A stretch of DNA of 64,000 nt. Source: Myxococcota bacterium (GTDB lineage Bacteria > Myxococcota_A > Polyangia > Nannocystales > Nannocystaceae). The stretch is taken from the NCBI GenBank assembly GCA_039028615.1, contig JBCCHT010000056.1, forward strand, positions 14,526-78,525, given 5' to 3'. The notes beneath the pieces are model-generated. The model made no database searches. It was given only the letters and a program-made list of their open reading frames with translations, and was not told the origin of the DNA. A program made the translations under genes and the position numbers. This document shows, piece by piece, positions 1 to 8,502 of the stretch (the first letter of the stretch is position 1; every line of letters begins with the position of its first letter).

Positions 1-54
1 CGCCGGAGGACCCTCAACCTTCGCTACGGAGTCGACGACCGTCCGCGATGCCAT
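1..54 (-). CDS. Possible 5' end of a gene running off the left edge (MASRTVVDSVAKVEGPPA...)
   Basis: ATG at 54-52, open to position 1. TATGGT -10-like hexamer (61-66, minus strand) lies 6 nt upstream. Only 18 codons are visible. Confidence 0.3.
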   Translation of the reverse strand, partial: MASRTVVDSVAKVEGPPA

Positions 55-132
55 GCCGGCACCATAACAAGCCCGCGTCCCGACGCAGGGGTCCCAAACT
101 GAACGTCGGGGGTTACCCGGAGATGCGGCGCT

Positions 133-1578
133 TCAGCCGTCGCGGCGCGCGTATGCATTCCCCGCTACACACTCGGTCTCGTGCGGCCCACAACGGAAAC
201 GAACGTGGATATGCGCTTCGTGTCCGTCGACGTGGCGGATCAGGCCGCTCTTGGCGGATTCCCCCCGGGGCCACTGGATCATGCGACGCCGAACATCCTT
301 GTCGATGCCCATGTCTGCCGCCGCCTTGTGCAGCGACTTCTGCAGCTCGTAGTCGAGGAAGATGATCAACACCTCTCCCGTATCGGCGAGCGCGGCGACC
401 AGGGTCCACAGCGCTTTGTAGTCCACACGCCAGGGCTTGATCGGGAACCAGGGCGGATGCTCGGTGGACAGCGGCAGGCGGATGTCGATGTCGCGACCGG
501 ACTGGTGCGAAAGATGCCCGTCGAGCTTCCCGCCGTGACGACGACTCATGGAGCCGAGCAACAAGTCGCGCTCGTAGCCGCTGGTACGATGAAATTCCTG
601 CATCGCCGCGATGAGGTGGGTGACCGCATGCGTGGTGCCGTACGAGGAAGGAATCCGCTTGCGACGCCAGCCCTCGCCCGGCGGAATCTGCACGCCGTTG
701 ATGAGTCGGCCATTGGACGTCGGACCGATGCTCACTGCGCCGCGACGAATGTTGGACAGCAGATCCTCGTCGTCGATGGCGGGGCGATCGGTCTGGACCC
801 AGTTGTACACGGCGGGGTCGACCCATAGGTTGAGCTCTTCGCCCACCGTCAGGCGCTTCGACGCCTGCCAGTTGGACGCGCGCAAGACCTTGGAGTCGAT
901 CGCGTAGGCGACGGCGATGCTCCACCAGGTGTCGCCCGGCTGCACCGTGTACTTGAACTTCTGTCGTGGCGGCGGCACCCGTCGGGCCTTGAGCTTGAGC
1001 CGCGAGCCGGGCTTGAGCTTCTGGACGTCGGGCCCGAGGCCGTTCCAGGTCCGCACCGTGGTCGGCTTGACGTCGTGTCGGTAGGCGACCTGATCGACGG
1101 TCTCGAAGGGCGCGAGCTTGTGCAGGACCCAGGGTCGATCGCCGTCGACGAACTCGATGTCGACCAAGTCGAGCTCGAGCGGCTCGTTGGCGGGCACCTT
1201 GACCGGCTCCTTCGGCTCGACCGCGGGCGCGCGCTCGATGGCGTCGTCGGGATCCTCGGGCGCGGGCTCTTCGACGTCACCGACGGGAATCTCGGGCTCG
1301 ATCTCCGACCCGGCGGCAGCGACCGCGACCTCCCCGCCTTCACCCGACTCGGGCTCGGGCTCGGGCTCCACCGACTCGGCCTCGGGCTCGGGCTCCCCGT
1401 CGGCGTGCACGGTGGCGGACGAGACGGCCTTGGCCGCCTGCGTGGCGCGGGGACTGACGAACAGGGCCGTGGCCACGCCTCCACCCGCCGCCAACAGGAC
1501 GATGAAGACCACCGCGACCAGCGACATTCGACGACCGCGCTTGCGTCGTCGCTTTGGGCCTGGGCGCCGTGGAGCCAC
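133..1578 (-). CDS. Membrane-anchored LysM-containing penicillin-insensitive murein endopeptidase (MepA-like)
   Basis: Basic N-terminus and TM helix, Glu/Pro linker, two LysM-like repeats (YTVQPGDTWWSIA), GxTxxGRLxxG, and LAS zinc motifs HLSHQSGRDIDI and HEAHIHVRF. Confidence 0.85.
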   Translation of the reverse strand: MAPRRPGPKRRRKRGRRMSLVAVVFIVLLAAGGGVATALFVSPRATQAAKAVSSATVHADGEPEPEAESVEPEPEPESGEGGEVAVAAAGSEIEPEIPVGDVEEPAPEDPDDAIERAPAVEPKEPVKVPANEPLELDLVDIEFVDGDRPWVLHKLAPFETVDQVAYRHDVKPTTVRTWNGLGPDVQKLKPGSRLKLKARRVPPPRQKFKYTVQPGDTWWSIAVAYAIDSKVLRASNWQASKRLTVGEELNLWVDPAVYNWVQTDRPAIDDEDLLSNIRRGAVSIGPTSNGRLINGVQIPPGEGWRRKRIPSSYGTTHAVTHLIAAMQEFHRTSGYERDLLLGSMSRRHGGKLDGHLSHQSGRDIDIRLPLSTEHPPWFPIKPWRVDYKALWTLVAALADTGEVLIIFLDYELQKSLHKAAADMGIDKDVRRRMIQWPRGESAKSGLIRHVDGHEAHIHVRFRCGPHETECVAGNAYARRDG

Positions 1579-1613
1579 CGAGGCCCAGTGTAGACCACCC
1601 GCGGCGGGCTCGC

Positions 1614-3554
1614 TCAGAACTGGCCGGCGACCTTGAAGAACGCGATCGAGGAGCCGGCTGCGGCCTGCCCAAACTTCGTCTTCGAGCCGCCCAGCATGAA
1701 GAAACTGCCCATTTCGAGCGTGACGCTTCCCCAGGGCGGCACCACGATGAGCTCGGGAAAGAGCACGTAGGAGCCCTCGTCGCCGCGGCCGGTGGGCAAA
1801 TCGACCACCCCGAACATGCGGAAGATGAGGTGCCGACCAAAGAAGATGAGGTCGGTCCCGCCCACGATGTAGTTGCCGATGTGGTCGGCCCCGTACTCGT
1901 CGATGAATCCGCGCAGGTACTGGCCCTGGACGTACACGTGCTCGCCGAAGCTGTAGTCGAGACCGGCGGTGGCCTTGACGTAGGGCGTGCTGCGAATGGT
2001 CGGACCGGAGATCGACGACACCCGGTTGTTGATCCCGTCGTCGGGGGTCACGTCGAAGAGGATGGGGAAGCCGATCCGTATCGAGTTCGCCTGCGGCACG
2101 AAGAGCCCGCCCTCACCCCACAGGCCCATGTCGCCGAGGAAGGGCAGCTGGGTGGCGAAGTCCGCCCCGATGACCTGCATGCGCGGATACACCAGGGTGA
2201 CGTGCGAGGTGTAGCAACACTCGGGCGAGTCCTCGGGCAGCTCGAGCTCGCCCTCGGGGCGCTCCTTCGTGCCCGCCTCGGCCAGCACGGGCAGCGGGAT
2301 GTCGTGACGCCCGTTGTAGTAGGAGATCGACATGTCGACGCCGCCGAGCGTCGTGCCGAGCTTGACCGCGCTCTGACCGTTGGAGAAGCGAGCCCGCGGC
2401 ACCTTGACCGAGGTGGTCACGGTGGGGATGAGGCTGGTGTTGACGTTGAGGAAGTCCTGCAGCTCGCCGAGCTGGTTGACGTCTTCCTGCCGGGCGAAGG
2501 GCACCTGCGCCTGCGGGTCCTTGAGCGCCGCCGCGGCCGAGGGCGGCAGCAAGGCCGGGTAGAAGATCGGCACGTACACGCCCTGGAACCACAGCCGATC
2601 GCCCAGCGGCGCATAGTCGACCACCAGCATCTGGTTGGCGATCGGCTCGGTGAACAGCGGACGGTCTTCGAGGTCGTCGGGGTTGATGTTGTTGGTGGGA
2701 TTGAACTTGTCCGCAGAACCCCAGACCAGCGTCTGCCGACCGATCTTGATGTCGAGGTTCGGCAGCACATCGTTGAGCGCGACATAGGCCGCGTCACTCT
2801 CGATGTGGAAGGGCGTCAGCATCTGCCGCGTGGCGAGATCGTCGAGTTCTTGGGTCTGGGCCACGCCCATGAACACGGGCTCCACGTCGCCGACGATCTG
2901 CAGGTGCTCGTTGGGCGTATACGAGAAGTAGAACTCGAGGCGGTTCTCGTTGCGGCCGAAGCCGTGACGCTCGACTCGCGCGGTGTCGTAGTAGACGCTG
3001 CTGACGATCCGAATGCGGGTGTCGAGCGCGTCGCGAAAGCGGGCACGTCGATCGGAAGGCCCCGCCGCACGCGGCTGCGATGGCGAGTCGGTCGAGGCGT
3101 CGGGCTCTTCGCCCTTCTCCGAGATCACGGTGACGTCGGTGTGGTCCTCGGAGGTTCCGAAGATGTCATCGAGGCCAACCTCGCCCGGCTCATCGGCGGC
3201 TTCGGTGGCGGGCTCGGTCGTCGTGGCTTCGGCGGTGGAGGGCTCGGGCTCCTCGGCGGGAGGCGATGCCGTCTCGGTCTCCGACGAAGGCTCCGCCGCG
3301 GACTCGGTGCCCGCACCTTCCTCCGCGGACGACGTTCCTTCGCCGGTCTGCGGCGACGCTTCGTCCTCGGGAGCCGCGGGCTCGGTGGCGTCGGGATCGG
3401 TCGGCTCGGCCTGTGCGGGGCCCACCCGCGTCGCCGACGAATGCAGTACGGAACCAAAGCTCAACCCCGGATCCGCGGCCGGCGAAACGGCGCCACGGGA
3501 GCCCGGGGTTGGGAACGATGCGAGAGAAAGCGAGAGCAGCAGCAGAGCCGGCAC
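1614..3554 (-). CDS. Outer-membrane beta-barrel protein (DUF1302-like), partner of MMPL/LolA-like genes
   Basis: Signal peptide, acidic low-complexity linker, KIGRQTLVWGSADKFNPTNNINPDD motif, amphipathic strands, C-terminal Phe (FKVAGQF). Confidence 0.7.
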   Translation of the reverse strand: MPALLLLSLSLASFPTPGSRGAVSPAADPGLSFGSVLHSSATRVGPAQAEPTDPDATEPAAPEDEASPQTGEGTSSAEEGAGTESAAEPSSETETASPPAEEPEPSTAEATTTEPATEAADEPGEVGLDDIFGTSEDHTDVTVISEKGEEPDASTDSPSQPRAAGPSDRRARFRDALDTRIRIVSSVYYDTARVERHGFGRNENRLEFYFSYTPNEHLQIVGDVEPVFMGVAQTQELDDLATRQMLTPFHIESDAAYVALNDVLPNLDIKIGRQTLVWGSADKFNPTNNINPDDLEDRPLFTEPIANQMLVVDYAPLGDRLWFQGVYVPIFYPALLPPSAAAALKDPQAQVPFARQEDVNQLGELQDFLNVNTSLIPTVTTSVKVPRARFSNGQSAVKLGTTLGGVDMSISYYNGRHDIPLPVLAEAGTKERPEGELELPEDSPECCYTSHVTLVYPRMQVIGADFATQLPFLGDMGLWGEGGLFVPQANSIRIGFPILFDVTPDDGINNRVSSISGPTIRSTPYVKATAGLDYSFGEHVYVQGQYLRGFIDEYGADHIGNYIVGGTDLIFFGRHLIFRMFGVVDLPTGRGDEGSYVLFPELIVVPPWGSVTLEMGSFFMLGGSKTKFGQAAAGSSIAFFKVAGQF

Positions 3555-3565
3555 GACGGCTCAGT

Positions 3566-4336
3566 CTAGCCTCGCAGCAGCATCCGACGCGAGAACACGT
3601 CGTCCTCGACACCCTGGTTCACGACGACGTCACGAAGGTGAACAACGGTGGAATCGTTCGACTTGAGATCAGTCATGGTGACCTTGGTCGGCATCAGCTC
3701 ACCGTCGATCTTGGTCCAGCCTTCGCGCAGCTGGGTGCGCACGTGGTTGCCGGCCCCGTCGTAGTAGCGGAGTTTCGTCACTCCGCCCTTCTTGCTGTCG
3801 ATGACCAGCTGAATGCTGGCGTAGGTGCTGTCGATGCCCTCTTTGGGGGTCAGCTTCAGCGTAGTCTCCGCCCCTTCACGCCCCATCAGCTCGGCGTTGA
3901 AGAAGGGCGAGAGGGTCACTCGGGTCATGTCTTCGTAGGTGAAGGTGCTGCCCAAGAAGCCCTGGTTTTGCATGTGCGCCGCGACGCGCCGAACCTTCTT
4001 GAACTCGGGCGTGTAGACGTACAGCGTCTTGGCATCCTGCATGAGCACCTTCATGCCCGCGACGTCTCCGGGGGCCGTAAAGGTGATGAACTGCTTCTCC
4101 AGACCCTTCATCACCATGGTGAACTCGAGGGTCTTCTTGTGCTTGCCGTCCTTGCTGATCTCCATCGACGCTTCGTAGCGCTGATCCGCGAAGACCCCGG
4201 CTCGGCGATCGATCTCGGCGAGAATCTTGTTGGCATCCACGGCCGCCATGGCGGCGGGAGCAGGGACGGAGGCTACGGCCGGAGTGGCAACGAGCGCGGA
4301 CAGAGAGAGGGCGACCAGTACCGAACGCATCTTCAT
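3566..4336 (-). CDS. Outer-membrane lipoprotein-sorting protein (LolA-like fold)
   Basis: Signal peptide MKMRSVLVALSLSALVATPAVA; motifs FTAPGDVAGMKVL, KKVRRVA, FLGSTFTYED, and C-terminal DDVFSRRML. Confidence 0.85.
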   Translation of the reverse strand: MKMRSVLVALSLSALVATPAVASVPAPAAMAAVDANKILAEIDRRAGVFADQRYEASMEISKDGKHKKTLEFTMVMKGLEKQFITFTAPGDVAGMKVLMQDAKTLYVYTPEFKKVRRVAAHMQNQGFLGSTFTYEDMTRVTLSPFFNAELMGREGAETTLKLTPKEGIDSTYASIQLVIDSKKGGVTKLRYYDGAGNHVRTQLREGWTKIDGELMPTKVTMTDLKSNDSTVVHLRDVVVNQGVEDDVFSRRMLLRG

Positions 4337-4556
4337 GAGGTGGGCTCCCGAGGGTAGCAGCGGCCAGACGAAACGAGGTGTGCAGGTGCGTGCGCACTTG
4401 GGCGCTCGCGGGGTCCTCGAACACGTGGGCCTGCCCTTGGACGACCCCCGCGCGTGGCTATTCGCTGCGCCGGAAGTTTCGGTGCAACAAAGCGTAGGAG
4501 CCAGTGCACGGGGGGTTACGAGCAGTGATCTGGAGCACACCCCAACGAGAGATCAC

Positions 4557-7310
4557 TCAACGACGGGGGTACAGGCGGGGGGTCAGCCACACCGCTCCCG
4601 CCGCCGCCGCCAGCAGACCCAAGGCCAATCCGACGCCGAATTGTTGGAGCGGCGGCATCTCGGACGCGAGCAACACGAGGAAGGCCGCGGCGAGCTGGAG
4701 CCCGGTCACCAGGATGACGCCGCCCAAGGCATTGGTCGCCGCTTCGCCGTCACCGTCTTGTCGTGCTCGCACGCCGAGGTGAATGGAGAAGTCGACGCCC
4801 GCTCCCAGAGCGATGCACGCCACCATGCTCGTGCCGATGCTGATCGGGTGCCCAAGCAGGAACACCGAGCCGGCGGTGAGCAACAAAGTCCACACCGCGG
4901 GCACCAGGGCACGCAGTTGACCGAAGACCAAGAGCACCACCGCCAAGGCTCCGAGCGACACCAAGGTGGAGTGCAACAGGCTGGTGCTCACGCTGCCGGC
5001 AAAGGCCTGACCGATGACCGGCTGTCCAGTGAGTCGCACCTTCCAGTCGAGCGCCTCGGTGTCGGGCAACTCCATGCCGACGGGCACCCCCCAGGTCTCA
5101 TCGTTGAGCTCGGCGAGCACCCACAAGACTTCTTGGCAGCGATTGTCGGCCGGCTTCTCTTCAGCCTTCGCATCGCCTTCGTCCTCCGCGGGTAGTCCGA
5201 AGGGGTCCGCGGCGGGTGGAGCCGGGGGCGGCGGGAGTCCCAAGGCCGTGCACGAGGCGGTGAAGCGATGCGCCTCGATGGCCTCGTCGACCCACTCCCC
5301 CACGAACTCGGCCGCGACGTCGATGCCCTCGGGGTCCTTCTCGGCCAAGGCGGGCAGCGTGGTCTCGAAGTACTTCTTCAGCGCTGGGCCGCGGGTGTCG
5401 AAGAGCTTGGCCGCGTCGACCTTGGCGACCTCGGCCTCGGGCAGCGGCTCGATGAGTTCATCGCTGCCCAGGGCTCGATCTCGTAGACGGGTGAGCTCGT
5501 CGATCATCGACGCGGCGGTGACCTTGGCATCGACGATCTCGGCGAAGCGCGGCTCGTCGATGTCCTCGCCCACCAGCGCGGCGAGTCGAGCCCGAACCTC
5601 GGCCATGACCACGGGGCGCATGGAGTCCGCCTGGGCATTGCCGACGCGCAGTTGCTCGACGTCGTGAGCGGCGACGATGGCCCGAACCTCTTGGGTGACC
5701 CGCTGCTGGTGCTCCCCTCCCCCGGGGGCGAGCTTGATGTGCACGATGGCGGCGTCGGCCTCGGGCACCATCAGCTGCGCCATCGCGGGGTGATCGGCCA
5801 GCGACTTGACCACGCGCTGGGTCCGGGGCTGCGTCTGCGGGATGCCGCGTCGACCACCGAAGCCATCGCTGACGGTGGCGACGGGCTCGACCAGGCTCCG
5901 CACGTCGACGACACCGTCGACCGCCCGCAATTCGGTCACCATCTCCCGAATTTCGCGAATTGCGACGGGTTGGGTGAGGTCGGCCTCCACCGCGATCTGG
6001 AGGAACTGCGAGCCCTCGAAGTGCTCGTTGAAGAAGTCGTTGGCCTGTCGCGGACCGCTGTCCTCCGCGAACAGGTTGTTGGTGTCGGGATCGGAGCTGA
6101 GCTGCGAACCCAGGCCCGCCCCCGCGATGCCCAGCGCAGCCACGAGCCACAGCGGCGGCATCCAGCGGATGGGCAAGTGGGGATTTTCGCGGCTCGGCAG
6201 CAAGCGGCTCGGCATGATCGCGAGCAGGGCGGGCATGGCCACCAGCGCGAGCACGAGCAGGACCAGCACGCCGAACCCAGCCACCACCCCGAAGCGCTGC
6301 ATCGGGATCTGCGGCATGACCAACAGGGCGAAGAACGCCGTCGCCGTGGTGAGCCCGCTGAGCACCACCGGTTTCCACAGCTCGCGGATGGTCTCGGAGG
6401 CGCGCTCGCGACTGCTGCCCGTCTTGCGCTGGAACCCGGCGAGCATGTGCATGCCGAAGGCCCCTCCGAGCGCAACCATCATGACCGGAGTAGTGCTCGA
6501 GACGATGGTGAAGGGCTCGCCGAAGCGACCGTGAGACCCCACGATGAGCGCGACCCCGAGCCCGGTGATCACCAGGTTCAGGCCAGCCGCGGTCACGCTG
6601 CCGAGCAGCAACGCCGACGCGATGACCAGCACCGCGATGACGATGGGCGACAGGCGCTCGATGTCCTCGCGCGATGCGTTGGAGGCCGCGGTCTCCATGA
6701 ACGGCGCCCCGCCGTAGAAGGCCTCGCCGTCCCAGTTGGCCTCGACCACCTCCCGGATGTCGGCGAGCTCGGTCGACCGCTGGCGAGCACGCTCCTTGCC
6801 CGTCGCCGGGTTGAGGTAGATCAAGATCGCGGCCGCGTTGCCGTCGGCAGAGATGAAGTTGCCGACCGCGTCGGTATTGGCGAGCACCCGCTCGCGGATC
6901 TCGGCGTCCTCCAGCCCCGCGGGGACCAGCGAGCGCACGATCAGCGTCTCGTCGACGACCTTGGCCTCCGGGAAATCCGGGTAGGCCATGACCAGGCGAA
7001 CCCCGGTGACCTCGTCCAGCTTGGTGGCCAGCGCCCGGACCTTCTCGGTGGGCTCGGACTCGAGCAGCGAGTCGCCCGTACGCACGCCGACCAGCGCCAC
7101 CTCGAGCATGCCGAAGCGATCGGCGACCTCGCGGAAGGCCACCACGTCGGGATCGGCGGGCGGCAGGAAGGCGAGGACGTCGTCGTCGTGCTCGAGCTGG
7201 TTGACCCCGGGGATCAGCCACGAGCACACCGCCAGCAACACCACGAGCACGGCCCAGCGGGCGCGCACGATGAAGTGATCGGAGGTGGGGGGCGCGGATG
7301 CGTCGCTCAC
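4557..7310 (-). CDS. MMPL/RND family transporter
   Basis: Two 1+5 TM repeats with periplasmic loops; motifs SGLTTATAFFAL, MQRFG, ALGAGVDFSIH, LQQFG. GTG 7310 chosen as start; the ORF is open to 7346. Confidence 0.88.
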   Translation of the reverse strand: MSDASAPPTSDHFIVRARWAVLVVLLAVCSWLIPGVNQLEHDDDVLAFLPPADPDVVAFREVADRFGMLEVALVGVRTGDSLLESEPTEKVRALATKLDEVTGVRLVMAYPDFPEAKVVDETLIVRSLVPAGLEDAEIRERVLANTDAVGNFISADGNAAAILIYLNPATGKERARQRSTELADIREVVEANWDGEAFYGGAPFMETAASNASREDIERLSPIVIAVLVIASALLLGSVTAAGLNLVITGLGVALIVGSHGRFGEPFTIVSSTTPVMMVALGGAFGMHMLAGFQRKTGSSRERASETIRELWKPVVLSGLTTATAFFALLVMPQIPMQRFGVVAGFGVLVLLVLALVAMPALLAIMPSRLLPSRENPHLPIRWMPPLWLVAALGIAGAGLGSQLSSDPDTNNLFAEDSGPRQANDFFNEHFEGSQFLQIAVEADLTQPVAIREIREMVTELRAVDGVVDVRSLVEPVATVSDGFGGRRGIPQTQPRTQRVVKSLADHPAMAQLMVPEADAAIVHIKLAPGGGEHQQRVTQEVRAIVAAHDVEQLRVGNAQADSMRPVVMAEVRARLAALVGEDIDEPRFAEIVDAKVTAASMIDELTRLRDRALGSDELIEPLPEAEVAKVDAAKLFDTRGPALKKYFETTLPALAEKDPEGIDVAAEFVGEWVDEAIEAHRFTASCTALGLPPPPAPPAADPFGLPAEDEGDAKAEEKPADNRCQEVLWVLAELNDETWGVPVGMELPDTEALDWKVRLTGQPVIGQAFAGSVSTSLLHSTLVSLGALAVVLLVFGQLRALVPAVWTLLLTAGSVFLLGHPISIGTSMVACIALGAGVDFSIHLGVRARQDGDGEAATNALGGVILVTGLQLAAAFLVLLASEMPPLQQFGVGLALGLLAAAAGAVWLTPRLYPRR

Positions 7311-7378
7311 CCCCGGGATGGTAGACGCGCCCTCACGTCGCGTCACCCGGGCCAGTGCGGCAGATCAACCGGGGCCAA

Positions 7379-8302
7379 TCAGCCCCAGACCGGCGTCAGC
7401 CACTTGAGGCGCTCTTTGACCCGACCGTGCACCACGTCGTCGAAGTGCTGCTTGAGCTTCGCGGTCATCGGGCCAATGCCGCCGTCACCGAGGTTTCGGC
7501 GATCGACGCTGGCGACCGGAGTGATCTGCGCCCCCGTGCCGCACAGGAACATCTCGTCGGCCACATAAAGCTCGGAGCGACCGATGGAGCGCTCCTCGAA
7601 GCGCATGCCCAGGTCCTCGGTGGCCATGGTGATGATGCTACGGCGGGTGATGCCGTCGAGGTTGTCCTCGGTGCTCGGCGGGCTGATGAGGGTGCCATTG
7701 CGCGCGATGAAGATGTGCTCGGCGCTGCCCTCGGAGACCTTGCCGCCCTCGGTGAGGAAGATGGCCTCGTCGAACCCGTTGTCGAAGGCCTCGCGGCGCG
7801 CCAGCGCGCTATTGAGGTAGGCGCCGGTCGGCTTGGTACGCGAGGGGATGGCGTTGTCACGGACGCGGCGCCACGACGAGATGCAGACGTTGATGGCGTC
7901 TTTGTCGATGTAGCGCTTGAGCGGCATGCAGTACGCGATGAAGCTCGAGCTGTTCTCGTCGAGCACGGGCGCCAGCTCGTTGCTGTTGTGAATCAGCAGC
8001 GGCCGCATGTAGACGTCGTGGTGCACCTCGTTGCGACGCAGCAGCTCGAGCAGGATCTTGGAGGTCTCCTCGACCGAGCCGGGCATGCGCAAGTAGAGGA
8101 TCGTCGCGGAGTGGGCGAGGCGCTGCACGTGCGCCTCAAGCTGGAACACGTAGACCTCTTTGCCGTCGTCGGCCAGATATCCGCGTACGCCACCGAAGCA
8201 ACCCATGCCGTAGTTGAGCGCTCGCGAACGCACGCTGACGACCGCATCATCGTCGTCGACCCACTTGCCGTCCTGATACGTGACCATGCTTCGGCGGAGC
8301 AT
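7379..8302 (-). CDS. ilvE: Branched-chain amino acid aminotransferase (PLP class IV)
   Basis: ALNYGMGCFGGVRGY, PLP Lys in SRTKPTGAYLNS, GFDEAIFL, SEGSAEHIF, LDGITR, ADEMFLCGTGAQITPV. Confidence 0.9.
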   Translation of the reverse strand: MLRRSMVTYQDGKWVDDDDAVVSVRSRALNYGMGCFGGVRGYLADDGKEVYVFQLEAHVQRLAHSATILYLRMPGSVEETSKILLELLRRNEVHHDVYMRPLLIHNSNELAPVLDENSSSFIAYCMPLKRYIDKDAINVCISSWRRVRDNAIPSRTKPTGAYLNSALARREAFDNGFDEAIFLTEGGKVSEGSAEHIFIARNGTLISPPSTEDNLDGITRRSIITMATEDLGMRFEERSIGRSELYVADEMFLCGTGAQITPVASVDRRNLGDGGIGPMTAKLKQHFDDVVHGRVKERLKWLTPVWG

Positions 8303-8502
8303 GCCAATGAACGGTCCGGGGTGCCACCCTCGATTCGGTCCATTCCCGTGCGTAGGGGCGTGATCAAGGCTTCACGGGCGCCACGTGGCCGCTGGACGCG
8401 GCATGTCGTGTCCAGCCCGACGCGCCGCGGCCGGTCGGCTCGACGCTGCGTGTCGCGCGGCCTCGACGAGTATGCAGTTTCGAGGACCGGTATGCTGCGG
8501 CC

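Noticed and set aside
3563..3568. TAGACT -10-like hexamer upstream of the barrel gene (likewise TAGGGT before proS)
   Set aside because: Each overlaps the TAG stop codon of the upstream gene and may be coincidental, so both were excluded from the leaderless count.
1554..3569. Long antisense/alternate-frame ORFs (also 5652-7568, 7993-10737, 33387-35327, 50834-52675, 60284-62308)
   Set aside because: These are shadow ORFs expected in high-GC DNA opposite well-supported genes; they carry no recognisable motifs.
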